DNA of 64,000 nucleotides from Octopus vulgaris. Taxonomy: Eukaryota. The notes below the pieces were generated by a model that was not told where the DNA came from, did no database searches, and saw nothing but the letters and a program-made list of their open reading frames with translations. Each line of letters starts with the position of its first letter. Within the stretch, counting starts at the first letter, position 1. The translations under genes and the position numbers were made by a program. The stretch spans positions 26,412,001 to 26,476,000 of the forward strand of contig OX597824.1 in NCBI GenBank assembly GCA_951406725.2. The letters run 5' to 3'. Shown in pieces: positions 42,201-57,814 of this stretch.

Positions 42201-42852
42201 GTCCTGAGACTAACTCTTCCGGTCCTCTGAGTCCTGAAACAAACTCTTCTGTTGCGAATGTATATAGTGCTCTTTTTATAGTTTCCTCCTGGCAAGGGAA
42301 ATATTTCGAAGGATAGCATAGTATATAGCTTTTAGATTTAAAATAATGTATCTAGAAATACAATATCTTATAGCAACTTCTAATGATGTAAATAGCATCT
42401 TCGTAATTAGACTATTACTAAGAGAAATATGCTGGCAAACATTTTGGCTTACAGGCATCTGTGCTGTATTTAATTATCTATCAGGTGTTTGGCAGCGCTG
42501 TTTCGTTTCTGGACAGTGGAGAGACATAAATAAATAAATAAATAAATAAATGAATATAGATTTATAAAGAGTTAGAACAATTTAATATAGTAAATGAAAT
42601 AAACGTATTGTGAATGTAAAATTGATTACATTGCAATATTGTGTGTGATAAAGAGATTCATTTCGCATTTATGTAGCTTAAGTTTCAATCCTACTTTGAG
42701 ACATCATTAACAAGTGATTTCTGTCATAGTTACAAATCGGTACAAGGCTTGTGAATTAATTAAACAAGGATAAGCTAAGAGGAATTACCCAGAGTGGCCA
42801 GTGATATGTATTTGAACGACATAGACAAACACAAGTATAATGAATACCATAC

Positions 42853-42952
42853 AACGTAAATTTTGGAGTAGGTGTTTCCAAATAGTAATAAGGATCAGCC
42901 CTGTTTAGGAAAGGGAGATAATCTCCAGAATCAAAACTTCTCCAAAACTGAC
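42853..42952 (-). CDS. Candidate internal exon (GQFWRSFDSGDYLPFLNRADPYYYLETPTPKFT), product unknown
   Basis: Acceptor CTCTTTTCCTTAATGGCAG; possible donors TT|GTATGG (42853) or TGG|GTAATT (42789); unique sequence. Confidence 0.3.
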
Positions 42953-43310
42953 CTGCCATTAAGGAAAAGAGGTTTAATGTCTGGAGATAAGTATGGGCGT
43001 TTCCGACGATTTTATGCAAGTGTTTTTGTCTAGCAAAGGGTTGACTTTCAAGATGCGTGATATTATGTGTTGATTGGCACAATCGCTAGAGTGTTAGAGA
43101 AAGACAAAAACAAAAAAATTGTTTCGTTATGTCACAGTAAATTCGTGATTTCAAATCCTACCAGTATCGACTTAACTCCGTTAGATGAAATAAATAACAG
43201 TCAAATAACTATTGGAGTCATTATATAATTCACAACAGGTGATGTCACATCATGGCTGCTGTCCTATGATGGAAACTGCTAAACAGAAATGAGTTCATTA
43301 AATATTTTTA

Positions 43311-43398
43311 CACCACCACCACCGCCGCCACCACCACCGCCACCACCACCGCCACCACCACCGCTACTATCGTCACCACCACCGCCGCCACCACCACT
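43311..43398. repeat. (CCA/CCG)n trinucleotide repeat
   Basis: Direct reading. Confidence 0.95.
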
Positions 43399-43654
43399 GT
43401 ATATAAATATATGCATATACATATGCATACATATATATATATACACATACACATACATACACACATGCGCAATCAGCCGAAATTGCAAAGATAATCTGGT
43501 ACTTGACTGAGGAAAGAAAACTTCAACTGACCCGTCCTTGCTTTCTTTGTATCGTCTATTTGGATGTTTTGTTGTCCCATTTTTTTATCACCTAACTGTC
43601 CGGATGTTTAGCGTTCTTGTCCCATTTTGTATTATATATATATAATGGATAATA

Positions 43655-44843
43655 AAATGAATGGTTTACACCTAGTAGCATGCTGGTAAAGCACGGTTAT
43701 TTTCACAGTGATCGTTATGTTATATGGTAAATGAAAGACGGAAGATGGAATATACTCCCATGGATCATTGCTAATGATTTGAACTGCAGTATTGGGACAG
43801 TTGAGCGGCTGAGTGAACGATACAATGCCACAAAAGCACGGATGATCGTCCACACAGTGGCCGACCGAGGGTTACAACGGCATGTCAAGATCACCACTTG
43901 CACCGACAGCACTTGCAGGACCGATTCCGGAAGGCAACGGAATCAGCTAGGCAGACCATAGGGACTTACCACAGTTTGTGCTGGGATATCTCGCCGCCGG
44001 CTGATATCTTTCAATCTACCTTGTCGACATCCGGCTAGAGGCCCCATCCTTACAGATCGACATCGATGGGCACGTCTGCAATAGACTCAAAAACGTCAGA
44101 ACTGGCGATATCACCAGTGGAGGACTGTAGTCTTTTCAGACGAAAGTCGATATTGCATTTCTGCGGCAGATGGCAGAGCAAAGGTTTAGAGAAGGGGTAG
44201 ACGTCATGCCGATCGCTGTGTGGTGGACAAAGATTCATGCATGGGGAGGACAGAACATCATAGTACGGGGCGGGATTGCACTTAACGATAAACGTGGACC
44301 GGTGGTCTTCTAAAAACAATGGCCAAAATCGGAGCAAGGAGTAACCGCTGCTCGCTATATCGACTAAGTGTTGAGGCCTCACATTGTGTCATACTTTTCT
44401 TGTTATCGGAATCATGTGTTCCAACACGACAACGCCCGTGCCCATACTGCCAGATTAATGACGGACTTTCTCCAACAGAACAACATCGTGACACTGCCAT
44501 GACCTGCCCTAAGTCCGGACTTGAACCTCATAGAGCACCCGTGGGACGAAATCCAAAGAAGGCTAAGTGACACCCGTCCAAGGTCGACAACTGCGGCACA
44601 ACTCACTGCAAGTTTTAACAGAATGTAGGCTGCTATCCCCATGGCCACCATCAAGCATTTAGTATATTCAATGTACAGAAGATGCCTGGCGGTAATCAAT
44701 GCTATCGGTAGTCATACAAAATATTGAGTTCCTCTTTTTGCATCCAGAATACTCCGTCAGAATACTCCGTCAGCTGTGGCAGTCTATTAACAAACTGGTT
44801 TCTATTTAGTTTGTGCGACGTTTCTTTTGTGGTTAAGTTTATA
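43655..44843 (+). mobile_element. Tc1 (DD34E) transposon, transposase pseudogene
   Basis: IANDLNCSIGTV..DRPHSGRPRVTT..FQHDNARAHTAR..PALSPDLNLIEHPW with 34-residue spacing; stops and frameshifts. Confidence 0.92.
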
Positions 44844-44864
44844 TATATCAAAACACACACACAG

Positions 44865-44936
<72 letters not shown>

Positions 44937-44957
44937 ATGTGTGTCTGTCTGTTTGTG

Positions 44958-45024
<67 letters not shown>

Positions 45025-45464
45025 TATATAATATCAAAATTAACAGGGTTTAATAAAGGATTAGTAATCCAGGAAAAATACGCCTGGGTTAACCCACCCG
45101 AACGCATATCTGAAACAAATGTAAGCCTATGAAAAATTTCATTATTAGTGCTGAATTAGAACTTGGAATTTGTTTTAATATTTTCTACTTCGATATCTTA
45201 AAAATAACCGTCTCTTCAATATATTAAAAGTCTTTTCTCCTTAAATAAAGAAAAGCTGTTTTCTAAATAGACGCAGGCAGTCATGTATATGTTTACAAAA
45301 CTTGGTTTCGCACATCACCCATTATTTATATCTATTCTTTCTGTGTGTCTGTCTGTTTGTCTAGGCAACATGTAGCCAAAATGACAAGATACGCTAACCT
45401 AGGTCTACCGCAGGTAAAAACGAGGGTGACAACTGTCTGCACCAGCAGAATCACAATACGAACA

Positions 45465-45534
45465 ATTGCAACAACAACAACAACAACATCAACCATAACA
45501 AACGCAGTAACATCGCCATCATCATCACCATCAC

Positions 45535-45567
<33 letters not shown>

Positions 45568-45657
45568 GAACATCGTCGTTATCATCATGATCATCACCAT
45601 CATCATCATCATCATCATCATGATCATCGTCGTTATCATCATGATCATGATCATCAC

Positions 45658-45727
<70 letters not shown>

Positions 45728-46390
45728 TTCTTCATCATCATCATCTACCAGCACAGTCATCAAACCCAGCACCATTACCAACATTAATTACCATCTACCA
45801 CTATCAACACCACTGCGATTACCACCGCCGCTACCACCACCACCACCACCACCACCATCGCTACTACCATCATCACTTCCATCATCACTATTACCACCAT
45901 CAACCCCCTCCACCACTACCAAGACAAATGCTACCACCACTACCACCACCACCACCACCACTACAACCACCACCATCATCACCGCCAAGTAATTACCACC
46001 ACCACCACCACCACCACCACCACCACCACCACCACCACCACCACCACCACCACCACCATCATCACCGCCAAGTAATTACCACCACCAACACCACCACCAC
46101 CACCACCACCATCATCACCGCCAAGTAATTACCACCACCACTACCACCACCACCACTACCACCACCACCATCACCACCACCACCACACCCACCACCACCA
46201 CCACCACCACCCACCACCATCATCACCGCCAAGTAATTACCACCACCACTACCACCACCACCATCACCACCACCACCACCACCACCACCACCACCACCAC
46301 CACCATCACCACCACCACCACTACCACCACCAAGCAATTACCACCACCACAAAACCCACCGTTATTTCCATCCACTACCACTATAGTGAC
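45465..46390. repeat. (CAT)n/(CAC)n array with a higher-order repeat unit
   Basis: Recurrent CATCATCACCGCCAAGTAATTACCAC spacer. Confidence 0.95.
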
Positions 46391-46504
46391 CGTCAATGAT
46401 TTTGCTTATTTCAACGAAACAATTGAGATTTTCATAATAAATATTTAATACTTGCAGAGACTTACACATAAATATTTATACATACATATTTAAACATACA
46501 TTAC

Positions 46505-46563
<59 letters not shown>

Positions 46564-46811
46564 TCATATAGACACTTTAAAATACATTATACAAAGTGTT
46601 TTTCTATAATTTCATGGAATATTCCTGTAAAAACAATGCAGTGTTCTGAAGAACTGATAATTTGTCACAATGAAGTGAAGTGTCTAGAAAATATATGTGA
46701 AGTGCGCATGCGTGAGTGTTTATGTGCGCGCGCTCCATCTAGGAATCTATGTATGTCTCTCTGCCTCTCTTTCTCTCTCTATACACACACATATATATAC
46801 TCACAATATTT

Positions 46812-46842
<31 letters not shown>

Positions 46843-47035
46843 ACACACATATATACACGTATGTATATATATATATATACACATATATATACACACGTAT
46901 ATATATATACATATATATACACAAACACGTATACATACATATATATATATATGTATATATATTGTATATATATATATGTATATATATATGTATATATATA
47001 TATGTATATATATATATATTGTATATATATATGTA

Positions 47036-47083
<48 letters not shown>

Positions 47084-47399
47084 TATATACACAAATGATA
47101 TTTGTATACATATGTGTGTGTGTGAGTGTGTGTGTGTTTGTGTGTGTGCATGAGCAATATAATTTTTTTGTTGATAAACGGAAATGTGTGTAATGCATGT
47201 TTAAAAAATCGAGTAGCGCTTACGTCCTAGCAGTTGAGCGTTTCAAGCACTTGCAGAAGTAGTTTTCGTAGGTTGGAGCACTGTTTTGTCAGAACATTTG
47301 CCAGGACGAATCTCATTGGTAAAGGGTGTCTCATACTGTTGAATACACACACACACACACACACACACAGAGATTTATATATTGTTGACAAAAAAATGT

Positions 47400-48224
47400 C
47401 ACTGTTACTAAATATATTGCAATCGTCTTAAGAAAGCACCATGAACAAACATTCAGTTACGAGGGAGCAGTCGCTGCGTGGTGCTTATTATATATAAGTA
47501 AGCCATGGATATTCGTGTTGGCCAAAAGATATCTTCTTCGATGATGGCACCTAGACAATATCTCAGATTTTCCGCTCAAGCGATATTGTTGGCTCATTTA
47601 ATAAATAAAACTTTTCATTTTATATCCTCCAGTTTTGGGTTCCATTTCGACGATGATTTCGGTAGTTATAAAATAATTGTTTTTTTTTATGGTAATTCTC
47701 TAATACCCTACCTCAACAGCCAACCGGTTTCAATAATAGTGTTTGTTCTGAAGAGTGAAGATATCCAGACACAGATATCTCATTTTAAAGTCATAAATTT
47801 TGAAGACTTTGTATTTGTGTGTATATAGGCTGTATCTTATAAAGCAAAATTTCCAAGCCAGATTCGTATTATACGGTGGATTAAATTTGACCACTTTGTT
47901 CTTCCTGGTTAGGTTATAGTATATGTATGAAGCACCCGTAAACGACTGTGCGAAGGAGAGGTGACTAGAATGGCTCCTTTAGTACACCACACGGTCGATT
48001 ATAATAAATACGGAAAGTATAAATGAATATAAGTGCCAGAAGGAAAAGAGACTGTCTCACATGACCTTATCAGAAGGCTGCGATTGGTTTGGGCTGCATA
48101 TTGGTGCGCAACAGAGCAAGAGACAAAAGTGTACCAATACCAACCAATCAGACTAGTGGACACAACAGGGTGCAAAAGGGTGGCCGAAGGCTAGCTGTTA
48201 TCTACTACGTCTGTATGTATAGAT

Positions 48225-48286
<62 letters not shown>

Positions 48287-48815
48287 GCTACACTCCTATG
48301 GCTAGTATATCTGCTTCTCACTAAATCCACCCCAAACCAACCTATTATGATTGTACAAGGCGGCTGTGTTAATGATATCGGCATTTGACAGTATATCATA
48401 CATAAAAAGCTTCCATTAGAAGCTTTTTATATATGTTCTTGTTTATGGATAGATTTGAATATTTTTTTCAATTATTTTGATTGCAAGCTTCATAGTCATA
48501 ACAGGTAGTGATTATAATATCTTTTAGATACATGGTATCGTTGCTTGTCTTTTTGGTACCGATGATATAGCTTTCTTGCGTTTAAATCTAATGTCATATA
48601 AATTTGTCTTTGTTCGGTGGTTCCTAATTGTTGCTTTTCAATTAAATTCTTTCAATATCCGTATTAGATTGTCTCAAAAGCTATTTATGGCATTGTTGTT
48701 CATGAATTAAGCAATTGCTAAACCATCATCATTATACAATCCGGAATTACGAGGAGTGGTGTGCCTTTTCGAAGTGTCAATAATGAACAATCCCTTGAGG
48801 TCAGTAACCGCAGCT
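47400..48815 (-). mobile_element. Decayed autonomous Penelope-like element (RT and downstream region)
   Basis: Minus translation DLKGLFII..SGLYNDDGLAI (YxDD at ~48724-48738) and RKNKVVKFNPPY (~47870-47905), matching PLE GLYRDDGL and WFNPPY motifs. Confidence 0.75.
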
Positions 48816-48896
48816 GATGCTTCACTTAATACGGTATTAATCTAGTTAGCAATAATGATAAGTTTTGCCAGCTACATATTTGACCAGTTGATCATA

Positions 48897-49160
48897 GTGA
48901 AAACATATGACCTTGATGTTAGGTTATTGCCCTAATGATAACAAGATCGGAGTTCGATTCCCGGACCGGGTGGTGTGTTGCATCCTTGAACCAAAAAAAT
49001 TCAAAATACATTTTACTTTGCTCCAGTTCATTCAGCAGTAATGAGTCACCCTGCGACGGACTGGCGTCCCGTCCAAGGAGTTAATGTTGTGACCTCAGTC
49101 ATTTATAAGCCGTAGAGATCGGGTCAACGGCCCTGTGAGTCTTTGGGCTTAAGGCTTACT
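48897..49160 (+). mobile_element. Old SINE family D
   Basis: GTTCGATTCCCGGACCGG..TGCTCCAGTTCATTCAGC..GGACTGGCGTCCCGTCCA. Confidence 0.7.
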
Positions 49161-49286
49161 TGCATATTTGGCCCGCTGATTCACTAAGTGGTGGTCGGCA
49201 CGCACAAAAGATTATTTGACCAAGCATGCGTTTACCTCTACATTTCCTTGACATTTTTGAGTGATTCATTGACCGATATCTAATGC

Positions 49287-49480
<194 letters not shown>

Positions 49481-49808
49481 GTCTATATTTATCCAAACGC
49501 TAACATACATGTATACGCATGGATGTGTTCTGAGAGGTTTGCTTTCTAACCACATGGTTTCGGGATCAGTTTCACCGTGAGGCTCTTTGGGTAAGTGCCT
49601 TTTAGTATAGCCTTGTGTCAACCAAATTGTAAATTGATTTGGTCTACAGAAACTGAAAGAAGCAGGTCCTGTATATACACATTCACATATAAACATATAT
49701 TTATACATACATACAAATATACGTATGTACATACATTCATACATACATACACAAACACACACACACAAACACATACACACACACAGACACATACACACAA
49801 ACACACTG

Positions 49809-49852
<44 letters not shown>

Positions 49853-50536
49853 TTATATATATATATACAGGATACCTACGAAAACACTCTCTGATTTCAC
49901 GACATTATGATATCTAAAGTAATTCTAATATATTAATAAATATAGTGTCTACACATTCTCTAACAGTAACATTTTCTTTTAGCTTCAGGAAATTTACCAT
50001 CTTTGATGTGAACGCAAGAAAATGCAAGATGACCGCCACCCTGTAGTGACGCAGCTGGGAGTGTTTTTGTGGACATCCTGTGAACAATCTCCTGGTGTTT
50101 ACAGTGTGTCTCTACTCGAACAATCTCCTCAATCTCCTGGTGTTTACAGTATGTCTTTGCTGCCTTCACAACTTCCTGGGGATTCCATCTGCTGCCACAC
50201 TTATATATGTACAGGTTGTTCTCTCAATAAAACAACAGTAGAATGTAAAGACTATTTTACGTAAAGTAAAAAGAATGTCAAAATCATTTATGATAAAAAC
50301 ATATTATTATTATTATAATCGTTTTTGAATCCATATCACTCTCACTAAACTCGCGCACACCACCACTTGCAGAAGCGATCAACGATTCACAAGCACTCGT
50401 AGACTGACTTGTAGATTTCTTTTTAAAAGTGACTAAACTTCGCTTAGAAGAAGTTTTTTTCGCTCTCTATAAATTTCTCGGTAACACGCAGAATCTGGGA
50501 TCTCCTGAAGTGGGTCCTCGTAAAGTGAAATATTCC

Positions 50537-50644
<108 letters not shown>

Positions 50645-50649
50645 ATAGG

Positions 50650-51571
50650 TGAAATAAATATCAGGGATGCTTTGCCCCAAACAGAAAATGCAGAAGGTGC
50701 TCAGAGGTTTAGTCAGCTCTTCTAAAGGTATTGCAATGCTAGAAACCCTTTCGTGTCATCAGCAGCTATTTCAGGGTCACAGGTGTTTAGCCCCTTAGGC
50801 TGTTCACTTTACCTGAGTGGAGTTGAGAGGACTGAATTAGTCTTCACTTATAGAAAGTTTCCACTTGCGGTCTCTTATCAAACATAGCCACCTTGAGCTA
50901 GTTTCAGTTGTGCCTACTACGTTGATGGTTTTTATTCAATTGCCTGGGCTCCGGGCATATCTCCTGCTGTAAACAGCTCATTGATGTAGTTTTAAAGCCG
51001 CGGAAGCCGACTTTAGTGGGGAATGAGGTCGTGTGTTCTTCCTTGTCAAGGCCCTTATCGACTAAGTCCTGAAATTTCCTTCTTTTTACCGGGTGGGAAA
51101 TATCGGTCCCCATAAGGTACTGTGAGCTCGACCACGATGATTGTTTTTGTATTCCTGGAGAATAGGAACATGTCTGGTCGGAGTGATGTTACCACTGTCT
51201 CCTATGGAAAGACAAGACTGCCCTTCAGGCCCACTTGTATCTCCCAGTCTGAGGTTGAATGCAAAAATTGCTTTCGTCTAGCGAGTTTTTTCGCTTTTCT
51301 CTAGGAATTTCATACTCTTCAATGGTGTTGGTCGAGATTTATTAGCCGTCACTCCATTCAGCAGGTCAGTCCATCCGGCAATTTCTGGAAGGCCTTGTCA
51401 TGTCTTCACTTGTATCATCCTTCTTTCGGTGCCCTAGGGCATCCAGTGAAAATGTGGTTCAAGTGCAAAGACAAACCTTACACTGCATGCAGGATGGGTC
51501 TTCGTCTTTGCCCCATATGTTAAGGTTATTTGGAATTAGCAAAAATAAATAAATAAATAAATAAATAAAAT

Positions 51572-51608
<37 letters not shown>

Positions 51609-52365
51609 AATATAAAAAATAGCGTTAGCACGAAGGAGGAAGAAAATCTTCCCCAGTCAGTACTCCAGAGTTCCTTCAAGAGTAATGGGCACACTGTATC
51701 CAATTACCCAGTTCTTGGTTCCACTGTATCCATCAGCCGAATGCCCAAGCCCTACTGTCCTCACCCAGCAATCCTCTTTTGTTGAATTACGGATCTTTTG
51801 CACTCTGAGCTCTCTCTTGCTCCTGGTATTGGTATTTGTCTACCCCTTGGTGTTATAATTGCCAAGTTCTAGCCGTCCTTGACATTCTACTCGAACAATC
51901 TCCTGGTGTTTACAGTATGTCTCTGCTTCCTTCACAACTTCCTGGGGATTCCATCTGCTGCCACACTTATAATCTTGTTGGTGTGTCTGACTTTCTCATC
52001 CTCAGATAGAAGCAATTTGGTGATTACTCTTGCCTTTTTGATCTTATATTCCAACTCTACTGATGAAATTGGTAGACGGAGCTTGATGGTCTTGGTATAT
52101 AGAGTGACTGAGCTGAAATCTGAGGGAACGCTCAGCTACCTTCGCGCGAACTTACTGCACCGTCTTCCATGCCGCTACCTGAGTCATGGCGAAGTCGAAA
52201 AGCAAAAATGCCCAATGCATTCTGGGTATGAAAACCATTCTGAAAGCAACATACTTTGAACCTCTCAAGAAGATGGCTTTTATCACTTGTCTGGGTTTTG
52301 TTGTTTTCAGCATTCAACATCCTTATAAGTATGATTGTAAGTCTTCTTAAGGTTGCGACCTCCCC
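50650..52365 (-). mobile_element. HERO-like (RLE-type) non-LTR retrotransposon, 3' half, pseudogenised
   Basis: PNNLNIWGKDEDPSCMQC..HIFTGCP..YK*RHD zinc knuckle; TSLRPDMFLFS..VVELTVP..EVGFRGF-like restriction-like endonuclease motifs. Confidence 0.8.
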
Positions 52366-52714
52366 CATACTGCTTCACTGAAAAAGCTTGAAACCGGTTC
52401 CGGTAAACGCTACAATCTTTATTTGAGTGAAGCCCGTCATATGTGTGTCTATGTGAGTGTGTGTGTGTGTGTGTGTGTGTAGGATGAGATTAAATTAATG
52501 ACAAGGAGGCGGGAAATTACGCAATTAACTTCATTAGCTTACGACTGTTTCTGCTATAAGATGCAATGCACGCAGAGTTCAGTGCATTGCAACTCTTAGA
52601 AAAAACGTACTTCTCTGTTACACCCATGGACACACACACACACACGCGTGTGCGCAAATATAAACAGTCCTTTGACACATCTATCGAGATATTGGTTTCT
52701 TTTGGCCCAATGTT

Positions 52715-53285
52715 AACAATTTGTAGGGAAGGGTAGGTCGATTACATTGAGCCCAGTGCACAACTGGAACTTATTTAATCGATTTCCGAAAACGATAAAA
52801 GACAAGTTCGACCTTGGCGGAATTTGAACTTCGAAGGCAAAGACGGACGAAATGCTGCTAACCATTTTGCCCGGCGTGCTAACGGTTTTTATTTCTTTAC
52901 TTCCCACAGAGGGGACAAACAAGGACAAAGGGATTAAGTCGATTACATCTACCCCAGTGCGTAACTGGTACTTAGTTTATCGACCCCGAAAGGATGAAAG
53001 GCAAAGTCGATCTCGGCGGAATTTGAACTCAGAATGTAACGGCAGACGAAATACCTATTTCTTTATTACCCACAAGGGGCTAAACACAGAGGGAACAAAC
53101 AAGGACAGACATAGGTATTAAGTCGATTACATTGACCCCAGTGCGTAACTGGTACTTAATTTATCGACTCCAAAAGGATGAAAGGCAAAGTCGACCTCGG
53201 CGGAATTTGAACTCACAACGTAACGGCAGACGAAATACCGCTAGGCATTTCGCCCGGCGTGCTAACGATTCTGCCAGCTCTCCGC
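52715..53285 (-). mobile_element. SINE-B1 dimer joined to a SINE-B2
   Basis: Dimer junction at 53055/53056 is identical to that at 4637/4638. Confidence 0.88.
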
Positions 53286-54137
53286 TTTACATTTAAGTAT
53301 TTTAACATCACGCACATATTCCTGCGCATGCTTGTGACATACAACGCCTGGCGCTAATATACACATATACAGGATATGCACATTCTTCAATTTCACAGAC
53401 GTTCACAATCTGATATCACGCAGAGAAAAAAACGTCTTGTGATACACACGAAGACGGACAGCCTTATTTTACACATATACATAAGCATCGACATTTTATT
53501 TGAGACATACCAACTCCGCCATTTTAAACACATACGCACATAAGCGGTATATCTCCGTAAAAAACACTGCACACAAACACACTTACCTAGGTATATATAC
53601 GACGGGCTTCTGCATAGTGTCCGTCTGCATAATCTTCAGACATACAAATGCAATTTATTTTCACATACAATTTGTTTACACACACAATATTCTCTTTTAC
53701 AAATATCGTCAGCACGTCCTCGTATACAACACAGCACACGTGCGCGCGTGAACACCCAGAGACACACACATACACACACACACACCCACAGAGAACCCTT
53801 CCTCACAAACACACATGCGCACATGCACATACACGCACACACAAGTCTTACATTAATCTTCGGTCACACAAACTCCGTTTTACATCACACAGACACCAAG
53901 CTCAGTCCAACACGCAAACGCTCACACTTACACATACACTTATCCCTCACATACAGACAAACAAACACGGCCACACACACACAAGCTTTTGCTACATACA
54001 TACACACATATCTGCCATACATATTAGAACACACACAATCGCACAATCTTTTATAAAAACACATGTAATGCTTCGTCATAAACAAAAATACATACACACA
54101 CATAACATTCATGGAACCAAACTTCATTACTAACAAC

Positions 54138-54170
54138 CAGACGAGATCCTAATAACATCGAAAGCAGTCT
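54138..54170 (+). ncRNA. Degenerate HHR motif
   Basis: CAGACGA-GAT..ATC-GAAA-GCA-GTC. Confidence 0.3.
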
Positions 54171-54255
54171 TATATACATTTACGCCCACACCAACGAGAC
54201 ATTAGTAACTTTATGTAACTGTGCTACATGATAGCGCCTTAGATAATTGACGTCG

Positions 54256-54257
<2 letters not shown>

Positions 54258-54296
<39 letters not shown>

Positions 54297-54650
54297 TACA
54301 TACAGACATACACACACACACACGCACACACACACAGATATATATGTATATATACACACATATATACACACAAACATACGTGTATATGTATATGTATGTA
54401 TATATATATATATATATACATATATATACATATATACATACGCACAAAAATACATACATATATATATATATATACAAATATATACATGTATACATAATAC
54501 AAACATATATATGTATATATATAGATATATATATATATACATATATAAATACATACAAATATATATTCATATATATATATATACATATATACATATATAC
54601 ATATATACATACATACAAACAGATACATATATATATGTATATATATATAT

Positions 54651-54689
<39 letters not shown>

Positions 54690-54796
54690 TATCTATGTAT
54701 AAGTATATATATATGTGTTGATGTATATATATATGTATATATATGTATTTATGTATATATATGTATCAATGTTTGTATGTATGTATATATGTGTGT

Positions 54797-54834
<38 letters not shown>

Positions 54835-55259
54835 TACGTGCATAACCGTATACATGTACATATATACACAATTTACATAAAAATATACTCACAGACATAT
54901 GTATCCATATATGCACATATATACGTATACATACATACATACATACATACATACATACATACATACATACATACATACATACATGCATACATACATACAT
55001 ACACAGACATATATTTATTATACATAGACGCATAAATATAAGAGAAATCCCTCATATAAATTGCTGTTTTTTTCGTTATATACATGGATATATATTAATG
55101 AAATATAACGTAAAATAATACATGCTATAATGTAATATAATGTAATAGAATATATAATATTATATAGTATTACATTATATACATATATATATAAGTATTT
55201 ATACATACATGAGTATATTTACACACACATATATATATATATAATATATACGTATATAT

Positions 55260-55331
<72 letters not shown>

Positions 55332-55350
55332 GCATAAGTACATACACATA
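54258..55350. repeat. Degenerate (TA)/(TACA) low-complexity tract
   Basis: Direct reading. Confidence 0.9.
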
Positions 55351-56234
55351 CATACACACATGTTATATAAAAACACTTTTATAGGTTTAAGTACAAAATA
55401 TATAAGTGTACGGTACTACATTGAGTATGAGTGTGCGTGAGTGTGTGTATGTGTACAAATGCTTTGTATATACACGCGCGTGCGCAAGCACACATTACAT
55501 GAAGTTTACATGTATACACCTCTCGCTTACACATGCATTCACAATCACAAACACACACATACACACATATATGCAACTGGTATATATACACCCAACTACA
55601 CACACACACACATACACGCACACACACACACACACAGACTCACACAGACTCACACACAAATACACGTATATACATCGTACAAAAAAATCCCTATTTAGTT
55701 CTGTAAATTTCCATTTCACGGTAACAAAGTATGGTTTTATCAAATTGAAATCTGCAAAAAATAAGATGCCGTTCGACGATAAGACCGTAGTATACAAATT
55801 TATAGCATGTGCTATCATTAATACCAGCACTAAAGTCTTTTAAAGATATCAGGAGGTAAACATGAAATACAGCAGTCTGTTAAAGATGTATTTTATTACC
55901 AAACAGCTCATAGCGAACGGTTTTAGTACAATGGCTAGCCATCTGGTATTACGTGGAGAGCGCGGATTTTATCCCGGGGATAATGCTATTCTGGTTTACA
56001 CCTATATTTAGTTATTTAGTTTAGATTTCGGAGGAAAAAGCATGGACGACAAAATTTTATGCAATCTATTGAGCGATGAGGCCGCAGTTATTTAGCTATT
56101 TCAGATCAAGCGGGCGCGCGCGTGAGTGAGTGCGTTAGATGGTGTGCGTTTGTGTGTATGTGTCTGTATTGTGTGTGTGAGTATGTGTATGTTTGTATAT
56201 CGGTTTGTGTGTGGTGCGTGTATATGATATTTAT

Positions 56235-56273
<39 letters not shown>

Positions 56274-56880
56274 TTATTTATCATCTCTCTTTTTCCCTCT
56301 CTACAAACATACACATATACGATACGCATATATATGTATGTGTGCATATATGTATACATATATACATGTATATATTTATGTGTTCGTGTGAGGGCATGTA
56401 TATATATATATGCATATATACCTCGCTACATACATGCATACATGTCTAAATTCGCACACATATACCTATATACACACATGATTACAAATATACAATACAT
56501 ACATATGTACATACATTCATATATACATACGTACATACATACATATATACAAACGTACATACATACATACATACATATACTTATATGGAAGGATTTTGTG
56601 AAACGGAAAAAAATATAGTTTGGCGGACATTTGCGGTTACAAATAACATATTTTTCTTTACTATAATACTTGATTGAATGAAATTGATGAGCCTTTTTAT
56701 TAACTTTTAGAGGAGAAAACAATCAAGTACATTGATCCTTGGTCTCAGGTGGTAGTTATTTTATCTACAACAGGAAGGGCTTGAAGTGGTTTTGAGTTGG
56801 GAGCTAAACACCACAAGATATTTTGTCGATCAATCATATAATTTCAGCAACCCACGAAATTGATATATGTATATATATAT

Positions 56881-57066
56881 AGGCGCAGGAGTGGCTCTAT
56901 AGGCACAGGCGTAGCTGTGTGATAAGAGCCTTGCTTCCCAACCATATAGTACCGGTTTCAGCCCCACTACGTGGCACCTTGGGCAAATGTCTTTTACTAC
57001 AACCTCGGGCCAAACAAAGCTCTGTGAGTGGATTTGGAAGACGGAAAGTGAAAGAAGCTCGTCGTA
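56881..57066 (+). mobile_element. SINE family A 5' half with duplicated head start
   Basis: AGGCGCAGGAGTGGCT followed by AGGCACAGGCGTAGCTGTGTG. Confidence 0.85.
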
Positions 57067-57281
57067 TATATATATATATAATAATTATTATTTGAGGGAA
57101 TATTATTCCCAACTTACAGGAAAAAATTCAATTTAGAAATACTAAATCAAATTTCACAAAATATAATATATATATCTAAAAATTAGAAAAATATTATTTC
57201 TATTATATGAAATTTTCTAGATGGTGTAATTTAATTGTTCATTTTGGATTGATAAAAGGTGTTTTTTTCTAATTTATACAT

Positions 57282-57349
<68 letters not shown>

Positions 57350-57814
57350 TGTTATTTGTGTCTGTGTTTGTCCCTCCACCATCACTTGACAACCGATGTT
57401 GGTGTCTTACGTTCTATTTTCTAAGAATCCCCTTGTAAACACGCTTATAGAGCGTGCCTATCGATGTAAACATTGGCAGACACATACCTTTAGTTCATAT
57501 AAGTAATTTTATATATAATACCAATATGTATAATTTGAACATTGATTTTCTTCTTACATTTCACTTCCCCTTGATATATCTATTTCCAAACCTTTAAGCT
57601 TTATTTTAATCCACATATAGCTCTATATTTCTCCTTTTTTAGTTTTCTGCTTATTTCTTTCCTTTACCCATTCTCTTTCTATAGACTACCTTTGACGTTA
57701 TACCTTCTACCGTTCTTTTTAAAAAAGAAAATTAATAGCGTTCCGTTCATCATTATACACATCCATCACATTCTGTTAAAAGGTCTTATTGATGAGTTTC
57801 GATTCTTTCTTTCT

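Noticed and set aside
45332-46337. Poly-D/M/H/G ORFs
   Set aside because: They are (CAT)n/(CAC)n repeats open in several frames, with no coding context.
45970-46350. Repeat-spacer pattern resembling a CRISPR array
   Set aside because: Spacers are simple CAC runs, the context is eukaryotic and no cas genes are present.
45364-47321. Possible plus-strand micro-exons (QHVAKMTRYANLGLPQ; LSVSSTCRS..)
   Set aside because: Weak donors, no recognisable protein, and such matches are expected by chance.
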